From contig OX597818.1 in NCBI GenBank assembly GCA_951406725.2, positions 129,642,001-129,706,000 of the forward strand: a DNA stretch of 64,000 bases. The letters are read 5' to 3'. Shown here piece after piece: positions 53,992 through 64,000 of this stretch (positions are counted from its first letter, which is position 1; every line of letters starts with the position of its first letter). Below the pieces are notes generated by a model, which saw only the letters and a program-made list of their open reading frames with translations, searched no databases and had not been told where the DNA came from. The position numbers and the translations under genes are program-made. This DNA comes from Octopus vulgaris (taxonomy: Eukaryota).

Positions 53992-54301
53992 CCAGACTTA
54001 GCAATGGTGGATAAAGTAAACCACATGTGCTCTATACCTGATGTTGCATGTCCATTTGACTCACAGATAATTAAAAAAGAAAGTGAAAAAGTAGATGTAT
54101 ACTTGATTACAAGATAACCTGACTGTTGAAGTAGGAAAAGGTGAAAATAGTTCCGATTATTGTTGGGACATTGGGGATAGCATCAAAAGATATTGAGAGA
54201 GACATAAAGTAAATGGGAATACAGTGTCAGTAGAACTGTGGCAAATAATTTGCCTCCTCCTTGCCATGGTCAGAATTATCATGAAAGTACTAGATACTTG
54301 A
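53992..54301 (+). pseudogene. Decayed R4/Dong-like restriction-like endonuclease fragment
   Basis: PDLAMVDKVNHMCSIPDVACPFDSQIIKKESEKVDVY../KVKIVPIIVGTLG../RIIMKVLDT*; PD..D..K..KY-type motif order; frameshifts. Confidence 0.82.
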
Positions 54302-54392
54302 AGAGAACAAATAGCATGGTACCATAGGCTACAGGTAGCAAACTCACTATTCATGCAAGATTCCAGTAGTTCCAACAAAGCTTATTCCTTAA

Positions 54393-54613
54393 CCCTTTTG
54401 TTACCAATCCGGCGGAAACCGGCTCTGGCTCTGTAGTTATAAATGTCTTGTTTTCATAAGTTTTGAATTAAAATATTCCACCAAATCTTAGTCATAATTA
54501 ATGCTCCTAACACTAGCTGAATGATAATTAAGTTATTTTACTAAATTCTTTGTTATATTTAAATTAATTGAAAAAACACAGAGCATCTCAAAATAAATAC
54601 AGTAATGAAAGGG
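54393..54613. mobile_element. piggyBac-like MITE
   Basis: TTAA|CCCTTTTGTTAC ... GTAATGAAAGGG|TTAA. Confidence 0.85.
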
Positions 54614-54619
54614 TTAAAA

Positions 54620-54691
54620 CTACACGCTATCCAAAAAATAACCCTGCTAGAGACAGCCCACATCCTTTGCAAGACACTATCAATTCAATAG
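54620..54691 (+). pseudogene. Extreme C-terminus of another RLE non-LTR retrotransposon
   Basis: LHAIQKITLLETAHILCKTLSIQ*, parallel to LQETVLLGTARIFRRVL at 45000. Confidence 0.65.
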
Positions 54692-54851
54692 TACAAACCC
54701 AAATAAAAAAGCAATCCAAATACGCAAGACACACTGTAAACAGTAAATGTCCAATAAAATAAGCAACCCTCACAGCATATATTCTACAGGCTGGATACCC
54801 AACAGAACACAACTTGCATTACACACACAACACACAATAGAAACACTATCA

Positions 54852-55254
54852 TTTCTTTTCTACTCTAGGCACAAGGCCTGAAATTTTGGAGGAGAGGGCC
54901 AGTCAATGATATCGACCCCAGTATGCAACTGGTACTTAATTTAGCAACCTCGAAAGGATGAAAGGCAAAGTTGACCTCGGCAGAATTTGAACTCAGAACA
55001 AAAAGACAGATGAAATACCTATTTCTTTACTACCCGCAAGGGGCTAAACACAGAGGGGACAAACAAGGACAGACAAATGGATTAAGTCGATTACATCGAC
55101 CCCAGTGCATAACTGGTACTTAATTTATTGACCCCGAAAGGATGAAAGGCAAAGTCAACCTCAGCGGAATTTGAACTCAGAATGTAACGGCAGACAAAAT
55201 ACGGCTACGCATTTCGCCCGGCGTGCTAATGTTTCTGCCAGCTCGTTACCTTAC
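54852..55254 (-). mobile_element. Tandem dimer of family A SINE units
   Basis: Two cores (54852-55018, 55019-55254) enclosed by AGAAAC[A/G]CTATCAT on both flanks. Confidence 0.8.
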
Positions 55255-55695
55255 AGAAACGCTATCATAGCTAAAAAAAGAAAAAAAAACATAGCAAAAA
55301 AACTGCCATAAAACCCCATAGAAAATAAATGAAAGCAATACAATACTGGGAAAAGTTTGCACTCCCCCAACAACAAAAAAGAATACACAATGCTGCACAC
55401 ACCTCAACAAAATGGAGGTGTAAGCAACTGATGAAGAGAAGTCAATCTGAAACTATCAAATGTTGAACAATAGTAATAATAGATCCCCAAATCTAATCAG
55501 TTCATGCCAGTCATAATGTCAAACATCGCTGAACGTCTCATCTGAATCCATCCAGCGGTTCTTGCAATATCTTGTCCATGGACAAACCAACAAACAAACA
55601 AACAAACAAACACAACTGAAAACAATACCTCTGCCTTCGCTATGGTAGAGGTAATGGGTTGGGGCATAATTATTGAGGCTTTTTTCAACAAATTC

Positions 55696-55860
55696 TATTC
55701 AACAAAAACAATAACAGCATGTAACAAAAACGTCTTTAAATGATTATTCTGGAGCATATTCACCATCTACTTCGATTACTGCTTCCCATTTGCTTAGCAG
55801 ATGGTCAGACCGTCATTTAAAGACGTTTTTGTTAAATATTGTTATTGTTCTTGTTGAATA
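55696..55860. repeat. Inverted repeat, about 48-bp arms, about 70-nt spacer
   Basis: TATTCAACAAAAACAATAACA..CGTCTTTAAATGA / TCATTTAAAGACG..TTGTTGAATA. Confidence 0.85.
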
Positions 55861-55914
55861 AATGTCTCTAATAGAGGTGTGCAGCCAGAAATTTTGGGGA
55901 AAGGAATAGTTGAT

Positions 55915-56210
55915 TGTTTGTTCCTTCTTGGGCCATGCCTGGCTCATAAAGGTTGGTTTCTCGGTTTCCTTGGTGTATAGGTTCCCCATCTGGACGGGAC
56001 GCCGGTCCATCGCAGGTGAGCTGCAAGATGCAGGAGGAAAGAGAGAAAGTTGTGGCAAAAGAGTCAGCAGAAATTTCGCCATTACCTTCTGCCGGAGCCG
56101 TGTGGAGCTTAGGTGTTTCTCTCATAAACACACACATCGCTTGGTCTGATTCGAACCTGTGATCCCTCGACCGCAAGTCCAATGCTCTAACCACTAGGCC
56201 ATGTACCTCT
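55915..56210 (-). mobile_element. Family D-related SINE
   Basis: tRNA-like head TGGCCTAGTGGTTAGAGCATTGGAC..GGTTCGAATC; shared GAGAGAAAGTTGTGG block. Confidence 0.75.
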
Positions 56211-56956
56211 CTACAATAGTTGATTAGACAAGAGCAAAACTTGACTATTACTGCATTTATCCCAGAGGGGTGAAAAGAAAAGTTGACCTCAACAAAATTT
56301 GAACTCAGAATGTAAAGAGTTTGAACATATACTGCAAAGCACATTTTTTTTTCCCAATGACCTCATGATTTTTGCCAATCCACCCTCCTCAATAACAATA
56401 ATAATAATAAAAAAACTATAAATATGATGTATGAATATACACACACATCCATCCATCCACACACACACACACACGTGTATATACATACATAAGTACATGT
56501 TGAAACACATACACACATACAAATACAGACACATGTACACACATGCATGTATACATGAACACATACACGAATATATGCATAGACATACATTCTGACACAG
56601 CTACCCTTACACTCACCCACCACACACCCCTATAAACAAACAATGTATAAATAAGAGCAGTCCTATGCCTATGTATGTGTATGGATGTATGTATGTGTAT
56701 GCATATGTATGTATATGTTTGTATATGTATATGTATGTATATGTATGTAAGCATACGTATGTATGGATGTTGTAGTATGGATGTATGTAAGCATATGCAT
56801 ATATGTGTGCGTGTGAGAGCACATTATATATTTTTTTCTATATTTTATTTAAGGGGAAATCAAAGCAAGACAGCTCCAAGATAAGCAATTAATCCAAACG
56901 AAAAGATTACTATTAAGATAATCTCCTCTGTGATATATATCTACCCACATTTTTGT

Positions 56957-56990
<34 letters not shown>

Positions 56991-57256
56991 CACACATCTA
57001 CTCTACTCCCCTACACAAATATTTCACAATTTCCAATTTGCTACCCACTCTCCACAACACCCCCCAAATGTTTAATGAAACTGACCCCGCCTCCCCTCCC
57101 ACCAATATAAGTGTTATTTGTATGGAGATTAATAGTTTTAAGTCAACTACGACTGGTGGGGGTTGATGTGCTAGGAGGAAGCACAAATGCTGGTGGTGGT
57201 GGTGGTGGTGGTGGTGGAGCAATAGATGTATCAAGGCAGAATTACATATTATATAT

Positions 57257-57290
<34 letters not shown>

Positions 57291-57346
57291 CACCACCACC
57301 ACCACCACCACCACCACCACCACCACCACCACCACTACTACTACTA

Positions 57347-57398
<52 letters not shown>

Positions 57399-57413
57399 CA
57401 CTACTACTACTAC
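57257..57413. repeat. (ACT)n/(ACC)n microsatellite
   Basis: Direct inspection. Confidence 0.97.
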
Positions 57414-57545
57414 CATCAATTTAAGGTAGCAAATTGGTAAAGGCATTAGTGTTGGAGAGAATGCTGCGTGACTTTAGGTGCACTGAGGTCAGCTTTACTT
57501 TTCTTTTCATCCTTTTAGTATTGGTGGTGGTGGTGTGTATATGGG

Positions 57546-57776
57546 GTGGCGAGCTGGCTGAGTCGTTAGCACGCCGGGTGAAATGTGTAGCCGTATTTCG
57601 TCTGCTGTTACGTTCTGAGTTCAAATTCCACCGAGGTCGACTTTGCCTTTCATCCTTTCGGGGTCGATTAAATAAGTACCAGTTACGCTCTGGGGTCGAT
57701 ATAATCGACTTAATCCGTTTGTCTGTCCTTGTTTGTCCTCCCTGTGTTTAGCCCCTTGTGGGTAGTAAAGAAATAG
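57546..57776 (+). mobile_element. SINE family A
   Basis: Full length; GTATATGG on both flanks. Confidence 0.88.
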
Positions 57777-58430
57777 GTATGTATATGGAGTGGGGACTTG
57801 ATAAAAAAATGTAACAATCCTAGGTAGTGGACTGGTGAAATTGTTTAGAGTGTCAGGCGTTAGATTACTTGCTCCTCTCTGTTCTCTAGCTCTGTGTGTT
57901 CTAGTTTCAAATCCACCCCCTGTCACAAAATTACATAGGCTTTGTATATCTGGACAATAACAGTGTTTAAATGAGTACACATGTTTGCCTTTCAAATCTT
58001 TTATTTATTAAGGGAGAAATTAATAATAATGGTTTAAAATTTTTGGCTCAAGGCCAGCAATTTTGGAGAAGAGTTAAGTTGATTACATCAACCCCAGTGT
58101 TTCACTGGTATTTATTTTATCGGCCCCAAAAGGAGGAAGGGTAAAGTCAACCTTGGTGGAATTTGAACTCAGAATGTAAAGACAGACAAAATGCGACTAA
58201 GCATTTTGCCCCAGTGTGCTAACAATTTGGTCAGCTTTTGGCATTCTAATAATAAAATCTATATTGGTGCTGGAAAATTACAAAAACGCTCATAAGATGA
58301 TTATCGTTGCTTTCAAAGATCTTGTGAAAGAAATGGGAAAAAACTTGCTTTGAAACCACATGTTTTCAGGTTCAGTCCCTCTGTGTGACACCTTGGACAA
58401 GTGTCTTCTAGCCTGGAAAATGGATGTTAA

Positions 58431-58487
<57 letters not shown>

Positions 58488-59761
58488 GTGGTGGTGAATA
58501 GCATTGATGAGATACATCTGTTACAAGGGACCTTTATGCAAGAAAGCCCTGTTTGAGCAAACCCATGATTAAGAACATTGCAGTAATCATGACCAATCCA
58601 TCTTGATCTCAGTAGTAGTAGTGAAGGTACATGGCTTAGTGGTTAAGGCTATTCAGCTCACAATCGTAAGGTCAGGATTTCAATTCTCAGAGGTGCATTG
58701 TGTCCTTGAGCAAGACACTTTATTTCATCCTGCTCCAGTCCACTCAGGTGGCAAAAATGAGTTGTACCTGTAATTCAAAGGGCCAGCTTTGTCACTTTTT
58801 ATGTTACACTGAATCTCCCTGAGAACTACATTAAGGTCATGCATGTCTGTGGAGTGCTCAAATCAAATGAACACTTGCCATCTCAACCAATGGGGTACCA
58901 GGTTTTTTTTTTAGTACCAGTAATTTGTTGTATACTACAATTATATTCAATATCTTTCAGTTCTTTCTCCTTTTTTCTTAAAATTGTTAGGGTCTGATTT
59001 GAAGGAGATTTGTCAACTATTTCTAACAATTCCAGTAACCATGTCGAGGTTCTCTTTTAATTTGTAGGTGTAGTGTTAGGGGAGTGTGATGATGATAGTT
59101 ATGGAGAAATGCTTTTGTTATAAGAGATATTTACAAAAAAAAAAAAGAAGAGAAATCAAGAAAAAAATAAGTTCAAGAAAACAGAAAAAAGAAATGAAAA
59201 AAAATGCAAAAAAAAAACAACAGAAAACCAAAAGAGGACAAAAAATATAAAAAAGAAGTGTTTGACTGAATGCGATACTGTTGCAAAAGTTTATCATCAA
59301 CATCGCCGATAGAAATAAAAATACAAAAGACACAGGTTGATATTGTGTACACAATTGGAAATCTGGAAATATAGATTCTGACAAAAGCAGTTGACATTTC
59401 GGGGTTAAAGAATGTCAGTCTTGTGCTACGACGTGCGACGTACTGACTTTCAGAACCACAAAGTAGATTTCCTTACTTGAAACAAAAAGCGTGATGAAAA
59501 TATAGGTGCTCGTTGGCTGCTATTTATAATAAAGAAATAGCAAAAAATAATAATAAATAAATAAAAAAGAAAAAAAATCGAGTCATGACGACCAAGTGTG
59601 GAAGGGAACGATGTAAGTGATGTAAGAATTTTGCGTTTAAACTGCTTTTACAAATTTCTGTTATAGAAAATCAAAGGTAACAGGAAGATACAATCGTGAT
59701 TGCCTGAATTTTCTTCTCTCTTCTTTCTCCTCTTTCCACCACCACCACTATATCACCACCT

Positions 59762-59802
<41 letters not shown>

Positions 59803-59977
59803 CACCACCAACATATAACCATCATCGCTGCCACCTGCTTCTTACGCCCAATTGTGTCAGCCATAAAAGGTCGTAGATGATGAAGAACAAAAGACAAGAG
59901 GAAACGGTTGACGACAACTGCAACGCCAACAAAAGGAAAATTCGAAGAAAGGAGGGGAGAGAGAGGGGACTGAGACG

Positions 59978-60016
<39 letters not shown>

Positions 60017-60302
60017 GACAGCAACAACAACAATAAACAGAATAAATAAAATGTATATATAACAACATCACAAGGAAGATAACAAATATGATGATGATGA
60101 TGGTGACTGTGATGACAAGGATGAATTGAAGTATACTAGCTATTATATGTTTTGCCATCGTTCTTTCCAGTGTATTTGCTGTAAAAATACAAAGTATAAT
60201 TTATTGAGAAAGTTGGGCAAGCAAGAAAGCTTACACAAAATTATTTTTAAAAAAAAATCTGTATACACTCACATGTATATTTATTATATATATAAACGCA
60301 CG

Positions 60303-60352
<50 letters not shown>

Positions 60353-60402
60353 TATATAATATATGTAGATGTATGTATATATTATATATAAATGTATGTA
60401 TA

Positions 60403-60433
<31 letters not shown>

Positions 60434-60437
60434 TATG

Positions 60438-60469
<32 letters not shown>

Positions 60470-62446
60470 TGTATGTATGTATGTATGTATGTATGTATGT
60501 ATATATGTATGTATATACATACACACACACACACACACATATAAAAATCATGCTTATTCAGTGATGAAAATGCCTCTTTTTTGACGAGGAAAGATTTTTG
60601 AATGGAAGAATGTTACCATATTTCTATGAAGCCAATATTTTTTCATGTCGTACATCAATACAGGTGCACAATGGAAGCAGTACCTTGCAGGAAGGCTTGA
60701 CAAACTGTAGTTTACAATGTCATCGAACTTCAGCACCATAGTTATACCTCACACTCCCACACATACACACTTATGCTCTCTCTTTCTTTCACTCTCTCTC
60801 TCTCTCTCTCTCTCTATGTCTCTCTATGTCTCTCTAGCTCTCTTTCCTAAGGATCAATTCTTTCTCTCTGAATGAATATGTGCCAACAAGATTGTACCAT
60901 TATAAAAGATCAAATCACAAAAGAACACATAAGATGATAATCATTGGTTTCAAAGATTTTGTGGAAGGGATGGGAGGAAAAAAAATTAATAGTTTCCAAA
61001 GAATTTTTGAAATATGGAAACTGCAGACATTGTAAAGAATATTATCTGGTGTATAAAGAAAGGACATGTACGGGAAAGGAGGAAGAGTGGAAGATTCTGG
61101 AGAAATATATATAAAAAAAAATATTAATGTAAGAAGAACTAGCCAAAGATTTTACAAAAAAAGAAACAAACACATAAACAAGAATGAGAGGAGAAGAAGA
61201 ACAACAGCAGCAGTAACAACAACAATAATAATAAGCAACTCAAATGAATAAACTAATAAATAAATATGTTGTATGTGATAATCATAACTTGCTACCGATA
61301 GAAATCTTTGGTAGTGCCAGTGTATTTCTGTAATAGTAATGATGGCTGAAATGTTTTGAATGATGCAAATCGGAGATAATTTTTTTTTTTTTTTTTTTTT
61401 TTGGAGGCAAAAAAAGAAAAGGAAAAAAAAATTAAATATGCTAATTACAAGTTGTTACTGATATCAGGATCTGTAATTTCAAAGAAACATTGTCAATATT
61501 TATTGGTTTTGAAATGGAAAAGTATGTGGATGATTGATTCAAGTTAAAAAAAAAAAATAATTAAAACTGAAATAAAAATAAAAGAATGATTTTTTTTTGT
61601 TGAAAAAAATCAAGAAACAAATTTTTTTTTTATGCATTTCCTTTTTCTTTACCACATGTGTTAATTCTTTAGTAAGTGAAAAATAAAAATTTATCAGAAA
61701 TGAACTGAGTATTAATGGAGAGACAAAAAGGGTGGATAGTCTAGGAGTTTTGAGAAAAATAACCAAAACAACACCTTATTTTGGTGTAAGAGAGGGGAAG
61801 ACATAAGGAAGAATTAAAAATTAGAAATTTAAAAAAATATATATATATAAAGGAGGTGGAGAATTACAAGAGAAATCGAAACCAGAAACACGATTGTCCT
61901 TGGTTTTGCTTTTATATTTTGTTGATCTGACATCTTGGAAATGGAAGCAGCAAAAAGAAAAAAGAAAAAAAAAAATAGATGCAAAGTAAGGAAAAATAGT
62001 GGTTTTACAAAGTTATCAAATTTGTGAATGATTTGTTAAATCAGCCATTTTATTATGGGTAGTATTATTGTTTAAGTATTTAAGGAATTAATTTGAAGGA
62101 AATATAATTGTAAGTGAAAAATGATTAGAGGGAAATGAAGAAAAAGAAAAAAAAAATCAGAAAAACAAAAAAAAAAGGAAGTCAAATCAAGTTTTTGGTC
62201 TATTAATGAAGGCTGTTGAATAGATATAAAGAATATTTCTATCTTGAACAGGCAAAGATATGATGAAGTTTGATGGTTTGTTGTTAAAGAATATGATGAG
62301 AAGAGACAAATTTGTGAGCAACTATACTGTTACAACAATAATTACTATTACACTACTACTGCAACCAATAACAACAACAACAGCAATAACCATTACAAGA
62401 ACAGTTTCTGAAGGCTAATATGAGGGTTCCTATGCGATTATTTGAT

Positions 62447-63040
62447 CTCTTTACTCTTTTACTTGTTTCAGTCATTTGAGTGCAGTCATGCTGGGGCACC
62501 AAATCGACCCCAGGATTTATTGTAAGCCTAGTACTTATTCAATCAGTTACTTTTGCTGAACCGCTAAGTTATGGGGATGTAGACATACCAGCATTGCTTG
62601 TCAAGCGATGTTGGGGGACAAACACAGACACACAGACATATATACACACACACACACACGCACATATATATATATATACACATAATAATATAAATAATAT
62701 ATAAATATATGCATATATACATACATAAATGCACATACCTACATATATATGTATATACACATACATACATATATGGGTACAGGACATCGAAAAAACGTTG
62801 AACACAATGAGAAACGAAAACATAAAAACAAAAACATAGAAACGAACTTTTTTTCGAACAATGGAAAAAACACAAACCAAGAAACGAGACATACAACATA
62901 AAGAATATTCCCCTTCATACATACGATGGGCTTATTTAAGTTTCTGTCTACCAAATTCCCTCACAAGGCTTTGGCCGGCCCTAGGCTTTAGTAGAAGACA
63001 TTTGCCCAAGGTGCCACATAGTGGGATTGAACCCAAAACT
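62447..63040 (-). mobile_element. SINE family B with ATATGGGTACAGGA-type element inside its internal microsatellite
   Basis: Family B 62447-62640 and 62920-63040; insert 62770-62917. Confidence 0.78.
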
Positions 63041-63669
63041 CCTGTGCTTAGCAGAAAATTTTATTCAGATCACACCCTATCATCTTTTTTTAAGAACAAT
63101 GAAGACAAGACAAAGAAGAACATTGGCTTATGTTGTCCAAAATAAGAATGAATAAATGAATATTCCCATCATTATGGCAGAGAGCTAAGGCTCCAGACAT
63201 TCATTGCATCTTCAAGCTCTGTTTAGGATAAATAGGATTGGTGGCACCAGAGTTCTTTTGTGACTTGATCACTGTTCATTAGCCTTTGTGAGTACCTTTT
63301 TCTCAGGTACTCACAATCTCCTTCTCCTATCTGGTTGTCTTCCAAGGTTGTCAAGCCCAGATGAATCATCCAGTTATACCATTGATATAACTGCTAATAC
63401 ATAGAGACATGTTTTAGCAAAATCTAAGTGGTACCTCACCGCCAAGGGTCTTAGAGCATGATGGACACTAAATCAGAATTTTTAAGTTCCAGCGCTATTG
63501 CTATGTTAACTCTAGATAGACTTATCCTTTTGACAGGTATTGTTTTTGTCTTGCTGGATTTCTAGCAGCCCCACAGGCTTGCCTTGTGAGGGGTCAACAA
63601 CCTTACCATATATCAGATTGTATTGGACTTATGTTACCAATAGTACTTGTAATATAAATCTTTATACTC

Positions 63670-64000
63670 TCTCTTTTACTCTTTTACTTGTTTCAGTCAT
63701 TTGACTGCGGCCATGCTGGAGCACCACCTTTAGTCGAGCAAATCGACCCTGGGACTTATTCTTTGTAAGCCCAGTACTTATTCTATCAGTCTCTTTTGCC
63801 AAACTGCTAAGTGACGGGGACGTAAACACACCAGAATCAGTTGTCAAGCAATGCTAGGGGGGACAAACAGACACACAAACACACACATACATATATATAC
63901 ATATATACGACAGGCTTCTTTCAGTTTCCGTCTACCAAATCCACTCACAAGGCATTGGTCGGCCCGGAGCTATAGCAGAAAACACTTGCCCAAGATGCTA
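63670..64000 (-). mobile_element. SINE family B, runs off window end
   Basis: Reverse complement of family B. Confidence 0.9.

Noticed and set aside
55428-55465. CUGAUGA-AGA..UCU-GAAA-CUA-UC
   Set aside because: Core and weak stem II present but stem I does not pair; not called as a feature
60554-60739. 61-aa non-repetitive minus-strand ORF
   Set aside because: Short, no recognisable family, no supporting splice structure

Overview
Eukaryotic, AT-rich, extremely microsatellite- and SINE-dense genomic DNA. The repeat families look like those of an octopus/coleoid cephalopod genome (inference from recognised repeat motifs, not proven). No long credible protein-coding ORF is present: essentially all ORFs in the supplied track are translations of (TA)n, (CA)n, (ACC)n, (ATC)n, (ATCT)n or SINE sequence. 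Recognisable elements: four recurrent SINE-type families (several with clear TSDs and nesting), four non-autonomous Helitrons, piggyBac-like and Tc1/mariner-like MITEs, and three decayed R4/Dong-like restriction-like-endonuclease fragments. The most notable signal is a set of short non-coding elements, mostly embedded in (TA)n tracts, that carry type I hammerhead-ribozyme motifs (one with a fully intact core at 52107-52192 on the minus strand) and/or form long fold-back inverted repeats, including a tRNA/Pol III-headed element with a hammerhead tail (24350-24770). This architecture resembles Penelope-like-element pseudo-LTRs / retrozymes. A few short candidate exons are listed at low confidence only.
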